Of a stretch of 64,000 bases of DNA, positions 52,233-62,375 are shown one piece after another. The stretch is taken from contig CP060754.1 in the NCBI GenBank assembly GCA_023205875.1, forward strand, positions 1,674,001-1,738,000, in the 5' to 3' direction. Made by a program: the position numbers and the translations under genes. This DNA is from Chloropicon primus (lineage: Eukaryota). Numbering within the stretch: position 1 is the stretch's first letter; every line of letters starts with the position of its first letter. The notes under the pieces were generated by a model. The model saw only the letters and a program-made list of their open reading frames with translations, made no database searches and had not been told where the DNA came from.

Positions 52233-53618
52233 CTAGGCCTGCTCGTGGTGGGCCTGGTACTTGCCAGCGAAACCCAGTATCATCTGATCGGCTTTGAACT
52301 TTTCGTTGTGAAGGACGCCCTTGCTTGGATTCCCTTCGCTTTCCTCCTTTTCTTGGTCCAAGACGTCCTGGGGAGCCCACACTTCCACTTGGTCCACGGC
52401 AAACTTTCCTCCTTCAGAAGTGCAATGGTGGAGCGGCAAGTTGTTGAAAGTGGCGCTCGGATACGAGTGACCTACATCAAGGTTTGAGTCCAAGAAGAGC
52501 GCAAAGTTCTTGACCTGGCCGCCAAACCCCAAGCCGTTTGGATTGATGCCACTCACGCAGCCTGAGGCACAGGGACGAAAGAAACAGTCGTCAGTCAGTA
52601 CGTGTTCGCGCGAAACACCAGGATAACACAAAGTGAAGAACGCTTCCTTACCGCTCGCGAGGTACTGAAAGTTGTTGTTGAATCCGGTGCAGTTGTACAC
52701 CCTCGCGACGGGGTGGAGTGAGAAGACGCTGGAACCTCCGCCGCCGTCCTCCTCCCCGAAAAACTTGGCTGCTTTGTACCACGTCGCGCCCCCGAGCCCA
52801 CCGACGACAGCCCCCTCCTTCGTCTTGATGAGAATGAGGGTTCGCTGCCTTTCCTCCACCTGCTTTAGCATGCTCGGCCAAGCCTTTCCGAGCTTGTCGC
52901 TGTGGAAAACCTGGACCCAGGTACTGCCCGTGCCCAGTACCTTGCTCAGGAAGAAAGCCCTGGGGGGCGTGAGCAGACTCCTCTCCCGGTCGAGAGAATA
53001 ACGCAACGCAGGCTTCGGGAGAGCCCTCGGAACAGGGTCGCACACTGCGCTCAGGCAATCCAGTGCCGAGGGAACGACTCTGGTTATCTTCACGAACGCA
53101 TCGAAGCTCAACGACTGCTCCAGGACCGAGCTGCTGTCCGTCTGCCGGTCTGTCATGTACACCTTCCCCCCCGAAAGAATGACATCAATCGTGTGCTCCA
53201 AAGAGTCCAAAAGATCCCTTCGTCCGGCGTCATCGCCCTGGCCCCCGGGCGCGAAGCAGCCGAGAATCTTGAGAACAACCTTGTCCTTTTCCTCGGGTTG
53301 CTCTGTCAAGGCGTCGTAAATCGCTCTTTTGGGCCCCTTGCCCTCGTACCTCGCCAGAGCCTTCACGTACTCGGGCCAGCCCACCACAGCATCCTCGCTG
53401 CCATAGGCGTGACGAAAGAGTTTCCGGATCACGTCTCTCGGCAGCGCCCCGGAGAGGTCGTGGATGCTGACGAGCGACTTCTCGAAATCCTCGTAGGAGA
53501 AGGCAGGAGCCCCTCTGGCAATCCGTTTGAACCCCTTCTCCGCCTCCGTCCTCGTCGCAGGCTTCAAACTCCGCAGAATCCTCTCCGCTTCCACCTCGCT
53601 CGAAGACGTCGTCCCCAT
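52233..53618 (-). CDS. TLDc-domain protein (TLDC1/MEAK7-like), putatively N-myristoylated; in-frame intron 52562-52651
   Basis: MGTTSS start; W.QVFHS..LG, LILIKTKEGAVVGG, VFSLHP, GFNNNFQY, NGLGFGG, SATFNN, VEVW. Confidence 0.85.
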   Translation of the reverse strand: MGTTSSSEVEAERILRSLKPATRTEAEKGFKRIARGAPAFSYEDFEKSLVSIHDLSGALPRDVIRKLFRHAYGSEDAVVGWPEYVKALARYEGKGPKRAIYDALTEQPEEKDKVVLKILGCFAPGGQGDDAGRRDLLDSLEHTIDVILSGGKVYMTDRQTDSSSVLEQSLSFDAFVKITRVVPSALDCLSAVCDPVPRALPKPALRYSLDRERSLLTPPRAFFLSKVLGTGSTWVQVFHSDKLGKAWPSMLKQVEERQRTLILIKTKEGAVVGGLGGATWYKAAKFFGEEDGGGGSSVFSLHPVARVYNCTGFNNNFQYLASGKEAFFTLCYPGVSREHVLTDDCFFRPCASGCVSGINPNGLGFGGQVKNFALFLDSNLDVGHSYPSATFNNLPLHHCTSEGGKFAVDQVEVWAPQDVLDQEKEESEGNPSKGVLHNEKFKADQMILGFAGKYQAHHEQA

Positions 53619-54402
53619 CACCGCACCGTGCGAGCTGTCATCCTCCACGCCACTCCCCCTGGGCTGGCTTGCAGGTTTTTCCTCTTCCTCCTCGCGTGAT
53701 CACGTGTTGTGTCCAAGCCCTCCCTCGCGAACGAAACGAACACCTATCGATCGAACGAATGAACGATCGAACGATGTCTTCCCCTCTCAGTCCAGTCCAG
53801 TCCAGTCCTCCCTGTCGTCGTCTGGCGTTTGGTGGTTTGTTGATCGACAGGCCGCTCGCGCGCTCTCTGTGAGCTTCTCGAGGGAGGGGAGGGGCTTTAC
53901 TTCACTCGGAAAATGTTTTGACCGAAAAAATGCCGAGAATCCTGTCCACGTTTTTCTTAATCCCTCGCAAGGTTTGGTGGGGTCCTTCGTCCTTCCCCTT
54001 GGCCTTGGCCTTGGACCTTGCTTCTCGCTTCTCGCTTCTCGCTTCTCGCGGTCTCTTGTGTTGGGTTGTCTTCCACTTGGTTTGTCTTCACTTGAACCAA
54101 CGAGAGAGGAGAGGAGAGGAGGGGTCAAGGATTGACTTCACTTCACTTCACTTCACTCACGGAGGGACACAGGGGTGACACTTGGGTGGGAAGTGTTAGT
54201 GTTGGTGTTAGTGTTAGTGTTCTTGTCCAACCGAACCGACACGACAGGGACGCGAGGACCTTTTGTGCAGGGGTGAACCTTGTCGGACTCGAGCGTCTCC
54301 TGACATTGCGGACGGCAGTGCGAGCGAAAGAGAGGGAGAGGGAGAGGGACTCGGAACTCGGAAGTGTACGAAGCATTGGAGTTGGAGGTGCGTTGTTGAA
54401 GA

Positions 54403-55005
54403 ATGTCTTTCTTTGGGCTGACACTTCTCGGGAGCGGGAGCTGCTTTGAGCGCGTGGCCGTTCAAGCGCTCAAGCTCCACGAGGTGGAGAACGAGAAATT
54501 CGAGGCCGCTTTCAAGCTTTATTCTGGAGAGAGCGAGAGACTCCTCGAGGCTACTTTGCCTCAGGGTGAGGAGAAGGAGAGCTACATGCTTCGGAACAAA
54601 ATCTTGACGTGCATCAAGCACGCCCTCAGCGAGAGGGAGCTCTCGCAGACGGAGGTGGCCGCAATCTTGACCCACTTCGACACGGACTCTTGCGGCCTGA
54701 TAACTCAGGATGAGTTCATGAGGAGTGTGAAGAAGATGAAGGAGATAACTCAAAAGAGCGTCAAGGCGACGCACTACACGAGCAACAAGAAATTCAGGGA
54801 AGACAGGCATAGACACAGGAGGGCTGACCAGGATCCTCAGCAGTACTTCATGCAGCCCCTCACCAACAGCCAGGAAATTGGGTGGCACGCCGCGGCCGCG
54901 GTTCCACCGAACCAGACCAAGGCGAAGAAGTACTTCCCACTGAGGTCCACGGAGATCACCGAGTGCGAAGGAAGAGGAGTCAACGACTACTACGGTCTCG
55001 GCTAG
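54403..55005 (+). CDS. FAP85: EF-hand flagellar microtubule inner protein, FAP85-like
   Basis: MSFFGLT start, EF-hand DTDSCGLITQDEF, RHRR..DPQQ..PLTNSQEIGWH, STEIT..EGR...YYG; resembles Chlamydomonas FAP85 as recalled. Confidence 0.65.
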   Translation: MSFFGLTLLGSGSCFERVAVQALKLHEVENEKFEAAFKLYSGESERLLEATLPQGEEKESYMLRNKILTCIKHALSERELSQTEVAAILTHFDTDSCGLITQDEFMRSVKKMKEITQKSVKATHYTSNKKFREDRHRHRRADQDPQQYFMQPLTNSQEIGWHAAAAVPPNQTKAKKYFPLRSTEITECEGRGVNDYYGLG

Positions 55006-55259
55006 ATCCTTCGCTTCTGCGGGGTTTGCGAGGAACATTTTTATACAGAAAGAATTCATTAGCATAAAGACGAGGGAGGGAGGGGGCTGTGAGCGTGACT
55101 CGCGGACGCCCTCCTCCGAAGCCCAGCCCTCCTGAAAGATGTTGTAATAATAAGCGGAACACTTTGGACGAAAGAAGCGGAGAACACGGACAGTGGAAAG
55201 CAAAATAGTAATAGAAATATATTCTCCTCAAAGCGGGTTGTTGAAGATGTTGTTGCTGT

Positions 55260-56297
55260 TTACTCGAGGTGTCCGTGGTGGGCCTTCTTGATCTTCGCGA
55301 TGGCCTTACCGGGGTTCAGTCCCTTGGGGCACACCTTGGCGCAGTTCATGATGGTCTTGCACCTATAGAGCTTGAAGGCGTCGTCAAGCTGCTTTACCCT
55401 TTCGTCCGTCTGCTGGTCCCTGCTGTCTATGATCCACCTGTACGCCTGGAGGAGGACCGCGGGGCCGAGGTACTTGTCCGAATTCCACCAGTACGATGGG
55501 CAACTCGTCGAGCAGCAAGCGCAGAGAATGCACTCGTACAATCCGTCCAGCTTGGCCCTGTCCTCCTTGCTCTGGTACACCTCCTTGCCGTCCACCTTCT
55601 CGGCCTCCCCGCTCTCCAGCCAGGGCTTGACCGACTTGTACTGGGAGTAGAAGTTCGCCATGTCGACCACGAGGTCCTTCACCACGAACATGTGGGGCAG
55701 GGGCGCTATGGTGCTCTGCGCATTCGCCGCGCCGCTCTCGCTCTTCTCGATCCTCGTCAGGCAAGCAAGGCCGTTGGTGCCGTCGATGTTCATCGCGCAA
55801 GAACCGCAGATGCCCTCCCTGCAAGACCTCCTGAAGCTCAGGGTGGAATCCTGCTCGTCCTTGATCTTCAGCAGCACGTCCAGTATCATTGGCCCGCAGT
55901 CGTTCAGGTCGACCGTGTACGTCTGCATACGAGGCTTGTCGCCCTGGTCGGGGTCCCACCTGTAAACCTTAAACTCCTTCAAGTCCTCCTCGTGGACCAG
56001 CTCCGGCATGGCAGAGCTCGCGCTCGCGCTGCTGCTCCTCACCTGCAACCTCTGGCTCGTCGACGCCGCGAACGAGCCGAGGCCAAGCATGTCCTTCGAC
56101 GCCCTCGCCGTCGCCAAGGCCTTGGTGGAAAAGAACAAAGGCGCCTGCGACGCCATTCCGCCACCCCACAAACTTGCGGAAGCCTCCGTCCACCCCGGCA
56201 ACTGGTTCGACACCTCCAAGGCGGCGAGCCATCCCCCCTGTCCTCCCCCCTTCCCCTTCCACACCACCCTCAGCGCACTCCTCGCCCCTGCGTTCAT
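55260..56297 (-). CDS. SDHB: Mitochondrial succinate dehydrogenase iron-sulfur subunit
   Basis: [51 protein letters not shown]-terminal presequence. Confidence 0.98.
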   Translation of the reverse strand: MNAGARSALRVVWKGKGGGQGGWLAALEVSNQLPGWTEASASLWGGGMASQAPLFFSTKALATARASKDMLGLGSFAASTSQRLQVRSSSASASSAMPELVHEEDLKEFKVYRWDPDQGDKPRMQTYTVDLNDCGPMILDVLLKIKDEQDSTLSFRRSCREGICGSCAMNIDGTNGLACLTRIEKSESGAANAQSTIAPLPHMFVVKDLVVDMANFYSQYKSVKPWLESGEAEKVDGKEVYQSKEDRAKLDGLYECILCACCSTSCPSYWWNSDKYLGPAVLLQAYRWIIDSRDQQTDERVKQLDDAFKLYRCKTIMNCAKVCPKGLNPGKAIAKIKKAHHGHLE

Positions 56298-56533
56298 CCT
56301 CTCCTCTCTCTCTCTCTCTTGGGCTCGCCGCTCGCCACGTCGTTGTCACGGCCCGCCCCCTCAATAGAAATTCAATATTGCCCCGCTCGAGGAAAAAGCG
56401 AGACGTCCTCTCGGAGATTTTTTTATGAACAAACCCTGGCCTTGCAGGAAAAGGGGAGCATCATCAGTCATCATCATCATGATGGGTGAGGTTGTCCAGT
56501 CCAACCCAACACTGGATGGAACACACACACACA

Positions 56534-56609
56534 CAAACACACACCGATGGGGCGTCCAACCATGACCCAGCAGATGATGAGGTGGGACGCCTGGATCGGT
56601 GTGTGTTTG
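56534..56609. other. Long inverted repeat/hairpin between the SBP2 stop and the SDHB start
   Basis: caaacacacaccgat (56534-56548) pairs perfectly with atcggtgtgtgtttg (56595-56609); inner ggcgtcc pairs with ggacgcc. Confidence 0.85.
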
Positions 56610-56732
56610 CGGGGTGAAAGGTGGTGGTGGGGAAGGAAAGGAGGTTAAACTCTCGGCGAACCAAGAGAAAAGATACAACCTGCAGATGTTATAGATAGAA
56701 TACAAGGCAGATAGAATACAAGAAATGCTACA

Positions 56733-58382
56733 TTATCCGAGTTCACAACATTGTTTCGAGGATGCCACCGAGGGCACGAACAAGGGTGCGGAGGGGTTGA
56801 GCCCCAAAGCCGCTCCCGCTCCCGCTCCCTCCGCGCTCAAGTCGGAGGACATCTGCAGCATCTTCTTGTACAGGTCCTCGCAGCCCGAATAGTCCAGGAC
56901 GCTGCACATGCTCATCCTCACGCCCCTCTTCACCAAGCGGCCGAGCTTGGACCGCGAGAGCGCGAACACGACCCTGACCTCCCTCTCCGCGCAAGTCCTC
57001 AGGATCTCCTTCGTCGTTTCGACGATGTCCGGCACGCCCGTCTCGATGTTGGGGACCAGAATCAAGGCCTTGCACTTGCTCTTCAGAGACTTCCTCACCT
57101 CATTCAGGCCGAACACCGCCCTCTTTCTTGACTTGTTCTTGGTGGGGTTCTCCCTGTACGCCCGCTTCTGCAAGAACAGGAGCCTCTCCACGAGTTGGGT
57201 CACGCAAGCGTTCAGCTCCTTGCTGATCCGATTCTGGAACGGAGGTCCGTCCTTGCCGAGCAAATCGCCGAGAAGCAGATCCCGGAACGCGGAGTCCAGC
57301 GGCCCGACGGCCTCCTCGCGGACCACCGTGGGCACGCTCTTCCCCGCGGACGACTTGAGGTCCAGGAACTGCTTGGACTTGTGGAGCTTCCCCGCGCAGT
57401 GATCCTCGTACGCGGCTTGATTCGGGCACTCCACGTTGCAAATTTCACACCTCACGGTGGCGCCTTGGGCCTTACCCTCGCCCCCCTCGCTTTCCTCCTC
57501 CTCCTTGTCTTCAGCGCCACCATCCACGAGGTCCTCGTACTTGGCTCTCAAGACATCCAAGGCGGCCTGGCACTCCGCCAAGCTCTCATCCAGGGCCGCG
57601 GCCTTCGCTGTCCCGGCTTCGATCCTGCTCAGCAAGTCCGCGTCCTCAGACTCGCCGCCTCCCGCTCGCTCCTGCAGGTCACGCACCTCCTTCCTCTTGG
57701 CCTCCAACTCGGTTCGAATCGTTTCCCCCCGCTTCTCTGCGGCTTGGATCATCTCGCTCGACCGGACCAGGAGGACGCCCAGCTTCACCTTGCTCACCTT
57801 CTGCTTCTTGCCGCTCACTCTTTCCTTGGACCTCCTCACCACGTACCGGTCCCCAGACGCCAAGTTCGTGTTCAGCACGAGCATCTTCCCCCTTCCCCTT
57901 CCCTTGGGCCCAGGAACTTGGTCCACGGGACTCCTGCCGCCCTTGGAGGAGTCCAACCGCTTCCACTTCCCCCTGGCGCCGCCCTGCTGCTGCCCTGCCC
58001 CGGCTGCGGGCCTGGGTCGCAGGAACTCAGTGAGCGAGAACGAGTCCTGGTACCTCTTCTGCTTCCCTCTGCCCGGAGCCGGCGCGCTCGTCCCGGGACT
58101 GGGCTCCACTGAAGCCAAGTCCCTCGCATCCTTGCTGTTCAGGCCCCCGTGCTTGGCCGTCAGGTGCGCCTCGAGGGCCGAGTAAGACTGGAAGTATCGC
58201 GAACACGCGAGGCAACGGACCTTGTTGGTGACCTCATTAAACTTGGATTTCCTCGCTTCCCGCGCCACATCTATGCGCAAGGACGATCCCGGCACTTCCT
58301 TGGCGATGCCATCACCAGAACCTCGGGGTCTCGGTGCCCCCTTGCCCCCCTTCGCACCCAGAGCCTGGGCGTACGACGCCAT
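56733..58382 (-). CDS. SBP2: SECIS-binding protein 2 (SBP2) homolog with two zinc fingers and a C-terminal PAM2 motif
   Basis: K-rich SID-like RSKERVSGKKQKVSKVK; ISKELNACV..L..LLFLQKRAYRENPTK.K.RKRAVFGLNEV..LILVPNIE, VVFALSRSKLGR (SBP2-type L7Ae domain). Confidence 0.85.
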   Translation of the reverse strand: MASYAQALGAKGGKGAPRPRGSGDGIAKEVPGSSLRIDVAREARKSKFNEVTNKVRCLACSRYFQSYSALEAHLTAKHGGLNSKDARDLASVEPSPGTSAPAPGRGKQKRYQDSFSLTEFLRPRPAAGAGQQQGGARGKWKRLDSSKGGRSPVDQVPGPKGRGRGKMLVLNTNLASGDRYVVRRSKERVSGKKQKVSKVKLGVLLVRSSEMIQAAEKRGETIRTELEAKRKEVRDLQERAGGGESEDADLLSRIEAGTAKAAALDESLAECQAALDVLRAKYEDLVDGGAEDKEEEESEGGEGKAQGATVRCEICNVECPNQAAYEDHCAGKLHKSKQFLDLKSSAGKSVPTVVREEAVGPLDSAFRDLLLGDLLGKDGPPFQNRISKELNACVTQLVERLLFLQKRAYRENPTKNKSRKRAVFGLNEVRKSLKSKCKALILVPNIETGVPDIVETTKEILRTCAEREVRVVFALSRSKLGRLVKRGVRMSMCSVLDYSGCEDLYKKMLQMSSDLSAEGAGAGAALGLNPSAPLFVPSVASSKQCCELG

Positions 58383-58714
58383 CGTCAAGGACAGTGGAGA
58401 ACAACTTGTGGCCACCACTGGTCCCCCTGCTGAACCCGTCTCCCAACCTTTCAGAGGTGAGGTGGGCGGCGCGTGAGGTGCAAGTGAAGGAAGACCGTGC
58501 TTGTGGGCACCAGCATCGGATCGCTGACGGGGTTCGTCGCCCACGATCCTGCCCCCTTCAAGGCTGACAAACCCTTCCCTCCTCCCCCGAGGGGATCGAT
58601 CTATTTTTTTGGAAGGGAGAGGGAGAGACCGCTCGCACATGGGTTTGCCAGCAGCAGGGGTAGGGGCAGGGTCGTCGTAATAATGATACAGTATTACAGC
58701 CCACCGAACCTGGG

Positions 58715-59626
58715 TTACTTGTGCTTCTTGGCACGTTCTACGTCGCGGACGGCCTTGTCCACGTCAACCTCGCAAGGTTGTTTCCTCTTGTTGTTATTGT
58801 TGTTGTTCTTCTTGTTGTCCTCGGCTCCACCGCACTCGGCCTGAGTCTTCTTGCATTCCTTGAGAACCCTGGACAGCAAAGTTCCCGTTGGAGCCGAGTT
58901 CATGTACTCCTCGAGAACCCCCCTGATGTCCTTGGGCTTGGCCCCCGAAGTCCCGCGCACCGTCGACTCGCACAACCTCGCCAGCTGCTTGACCGTGTAG
59001 TTGGTGACCTTCTTGCCCTGCTTGGCCTCGCTGCACGTGTGCTTGACGTAGTTCGATTCCATCCACTTGCCATTCTTCCGGAAGGTGAAGGCGTGGACGT
59101 AACTGCAGTTCATGCACACGAAGGAAAGCCGCTCCTTCTGCCGCTCCTTCTGCTTGCAAAATCTCCCAGCAGCCTCGTTCACCTCCGCCGCTGCAATCTT
59201 GCAAGCCTCCTTGTTCTCGAACTGCAGAGGCTCCCTGCCAGCCCCATTGCCGCCCTTCAAGTTTGAGAGGCCGTTCCAAAACAGCTTTGCCTCCTTCAGC
59301 GTCTTGATTGCGTGGTGCCCGTTCTTGCTGGCAGCCTCGGCCAAGCTCGCCCTCTCCCCCAGCTCTCGCTTGTACTGCGCCTTGCGGTCGCTTTGCTCCG
59401 CCCTCTTCGCAGCGTCGTCCTTCTTCTTTGGTTTCGGCGCGCAAATCGTCGCGTCCTTCTTGTCCGTCGCGGACACCACCATCGCGGCTTCTCCTCTCAC
59501 GGGCGTCTCGAGGGGGAGGCTTCAACGTTGCAAGTGACAGTTCGTGTAATCCGGATCCGGGAGGTCTTCACTCTCACCTTACCCCCGACTTTCTACTTTT
59601 GGTGAGGCGTCCTTGGGCGAGGACAT
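58715..59626 (-). CDS. Mutator/MuDR-like N-terminal zinc-finger DNA-binding domain protein without a DDE domain; putative intron 59520-59582
   Basis: LQFENKEACKIAA..R.SFVC.NC.Y..F..NGKW..HTC followed by KPKDI resembles the MuDR N-terminal domain. A GTAAGG..AAG intron would join exon MSSPKDASPKVESRG in frame; otherwise the start is 59482. Confidence 0.55.
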
Positions 59627-59859
59627 CCCTGGTGCTCTCGATCGCCTCCTGGCACTGCCCCTCACCACCTCCCGTCGACCAAAAGTGCCCGCGCGCCGCT
59701 CCCTTGTCCCCACTCCTCTTGAAATTTGCTCGTCCTGCGCTACCTCCTGCTGCTTCTGCTTCTCTCTCTCTCGAGTGGGCCTTGCTTGGGTGGGTGGGTG
59801 TCGTGAGTGTTGTGGGAAGATGCTCTACGATTACAAGTTTAAGCGTTTTCGTTTCACTA

Positions 59860-61947
59860 CTAGGATGTCTTCTGCCTCTTGCACGAGGCATTCTTAAGAA
59901 CCATGAGAACCTTGCTGAGCATGCCCTGGGACCTTGGGTTGTCGCCAAAGAGGGAAGCGTTCAGGAGGGTGCCCGTGTGCTGGAACAACGCCGCGCGGCC
60001 CTCTGGGTGGCCTGCCAACACCTTGAGGATGGATATGGCTTCCGTGTTCATCGTTCCACCACCGACGCCACCAGTGCCCGTGCCCAGCCTCACCAACGTT
60101 TCTATGCACCACCTCTGCTTCACCACGACCCCTTGCATGGTGTTCCCTGGAAGGTTGACGAGCCTGTGCAGAGCGGAGACGGCTGCTATCTGGAGTTTCT
60201 CCTTCTTCAGATGGCTTGTCAGCCAGGCCACCAATCCGAGCTTGATGGCCTCCTCTTGGATCACTTGGGCGTTCTCCGTTCCCAAGCTCAGTTGGCTGAG
60301 CAAATCGCAGCCCAAGATGGCTCCTTTGATCCTGTGACTGAGCTCCTCCTCCTCGTTCTCCTTTTCCAAGTCGCTCTCGTTGTCTGACGAGTCGCTCTCC
60401 TCGTCATCGGAAGGAGGCATCATGATGGGCCCGCCGAGAAGGATCGCCACCTGCTGCATGAGGCCTTTGCCAAGCATTCCGAGCTTCGGCAGGGACATGG
60501 ACGCTGCGATGTTCGCAAGGGTGTCCAGGGAAGCAAATCTTAGGAGGATCCCATCCGTGCCGTGGCGAAAGAGAAGGTCCTCACCAAGGCACCTCACCAG
60601 GGCGCCCACGCAGTACGGATTCGCAGCCATAAACTCTGCATTGCCCCGAGCAAAAGACAGGTTTCTAATTATTCTACACGCTGCGACCGCCTGGGTCGTC
60701 CTGGAGAGGCTCTCCTCCGGGGGAGCAAACAAATTGTAGGAATCCAAGGTCCACCACTGCGGGGCCTTGCCCTCCTCCCGAGCCCCCGCCGCTGGGGCGG
60801 GCCTTTTCCCTTGCTGCTGGGGCGGTCTGGGGGAGCCTTGGGCCCCCTGCTTCTTGCTCCCTGCCGCTGCACCACCGGCCGGGGCCTTGCTCTGCTGCTG
60901 AGGTGGCGCCGACTTGCCACCACTGCTCATGCTGCCAGCACCAGCTCCCCTGAAGTTGGGCCCGACAGCATACTCGGCGACGCCGAGGTTCACGATATGA
61001 AGGAGCGCTTCCACCAAACCAGGGAGCTTGGGCAGACACACTTCGTACCTTGCGTCGTACACTATTACTGCAAGAGCGTTGAGTGACCACGCCATTCCCC
61101 TTGGGTTCGATGAGGTCAATGCCTTCATGATCTGGTCCCAGTTCTTTAACTCGAAGTTTGGGGGGACCACGAAGTAGGGGCCTATGCTCGGCGCTATCCT
61201 CTTCAAGATTTCCGTCACTTGCGCCATCGCAATCGCCCTCGAGCTGTTCTGAGCCGGCGGAATGTGACGATGCGACATGACGGGGGCGCTGGGGGTGTGA
61301 GAGGAAATGCTGGGGCGGTTCACGGTCTTGGGAGGGTTAAGCACCGGCGGCCCCGGGACCGCCTGCATGAGAACCTCTTCCCTCGTGAAAAGCACGTTCC
61401 TCAGCATATTCAACTCCTTGTCGGGGTTGTCCCAAAAAGTGTACTCGTAGTCCAGCAGGAACTTCTCGTAGTGAATTCTCAGCATATACGCCGCGTTCGT
61501 CACCGTCGTGGGAACCCTCATGTGGTAGGCCACAAACTTCCAGCTGCCCTTCTTGTGGATCGTCTTGTGGTAACCCCCACACATGATGACAGATCTGTAG
61601 AGCTGGGGCAGGTTGACCTCCTCCTTCCCCATGCGAGGGATTCTGTAAGACCCGCTTCCGATCTCCATGCCGCTCGACTTGATCAGGATGAAGCGCCGCA
61701 GGCTGGTGAGGAATCTCACGTCCTCTGCGTTCCCAGGTGGCAAGGCCTTCCCGGTCTCTGTGATACAAATCACGTTGCCTCCCACCGCCGGCTGCTGCGC
61801 GTCGCTCAGCATCGCTCCCCCAGCAGAACCCGCGGTCAGGGTCTGCACCATCCCCGCTTCTCCAGGATCCCCAGCCGCAGCCGCAGCCGCACCCCCCGTC
61901 CCCGTCCCCTCCTTCTGCCCCTCTCCCTCCCCCATCCCTCCCCCCAT
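59860..61947 (-). CDS. ARID plus ARM-repeat SWI/SNF subunit (ARID1/2-LFR-like)
   Basis: ARID: IPRMGKEEVNLPQLYRSV..GGY..W..VA..LRIHYEKFLLDYE; ARM/BAF250_C-like: AL.S..MAWSLNAL, IIRNLSF..NAEFMA. Confidence 0.85.
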   Translation of the reverse strand: MGGGMGEGEGQKEGTGTGGAAAAAAGDPGEAGMVQTLTAGSAGGAMLSDAQQPAVGGNVICITETGKALPPGNAEDVRFLTSLRRFILIKSSGMEIGSGSYRIPRMGKEEVNLPQLYRSVIMCGGYHKTIHKKGSWKFVAYHMRVPTTVTNAAYMLRIHYEKFLLDYEYTFWDNPDKELNMLRNVLFTREEVLMQAVPGPPVLNPPKTVNRPSISSHTPSAPVMSHRHIPPAQNSSRAIAMAQVTEILKRIAPSIGPYFVVPPNFELKNWDQIMKALTSSNPRGMAWSLNALAVIVYDARYEVCLPKLPGLVEALLHIVNLGVAEYAVGPNFRGAGAGSMSSGGKSAPPQQQSKAPAGGAAAGSKKQGAQGSPRPPQQQGKRPAPAAGAREEGKAPQWWTLDSYNLFAPPEESLSRTTQAVAACRIIRNLSFARGNAEFMAANPYCVGALVRCLGEDLLFRHGTDGILLRFASLDTLANIAASMSLPKLGMLGKGLMQQVAILLGGPIMMPPSDDEESDSSDNESDLEKENEEEELSHRIKGAILGCDLLSQLSLGTENAQVIQEEAIKLGLVAWLTSHLKKEKLQIAAVSALHRLVNLPGNTMQGVVVKQRWCIETLVRLGTGTGGVGGGTMNTEAISILKVLAGHPEGRAALFQHTGTLLNASLFGDNPRSQGMLSKVLMVLKNASCKRQKTS

Positions 61948-62375
61948 CCCTCTCTCTCCTCTCCCCTTCGTGCGGACGTCCCCCCCTCCCCTCGCCCCCC
62001 GTTCCTCCTTCCCTTCCCTCCCGTGTCCCCCTCCCCTCCCCTTCAAGAGAATCCCTCTCCTCGCCCTCACCCTCACCCTCGTGCGCTCCCCCTCGTGCGC
62101 TTGATCGCGATCCCTTGGTTCCGCTTTGGCCCTCGCGCTCTTCTTCTTCCCTCCATTTTGAAGGTTCCCGTTGAGGCGAAGGAAAAAGGAAAAAAAGGTT
62201 TGAAGAGAAAAGAGCGACAGAGCGACAGACACAGACGACCACGACGAGGACGACCACGACCACAGACGACGAGGACGACGAGGACGAGGACGAGGACGAG
62301 GGCGACGAGGAGGAGGAGGGCGAGGGCGAGGGCACAGGGAGGGAGGGAGTTTTTGTTTTTTGTGGGGGAGAGAGG

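Noticed and set aside
56534..56609. Hairpin as a canonical SECIS element implying a local selenoprotein
   Set aside because: There is no AUGA/GA quartet with an apical AA on the SBP2 sense strand, and I saw no in-frame UGA in the adjacent genes.
58657..59586. GGGGTA..TACCCC as terminal inverted repeats of a Mutator element
   Set aside because: The match is only a few bases, there is no target-site duplication, and the right-hand motif is better explained as a splice donor.
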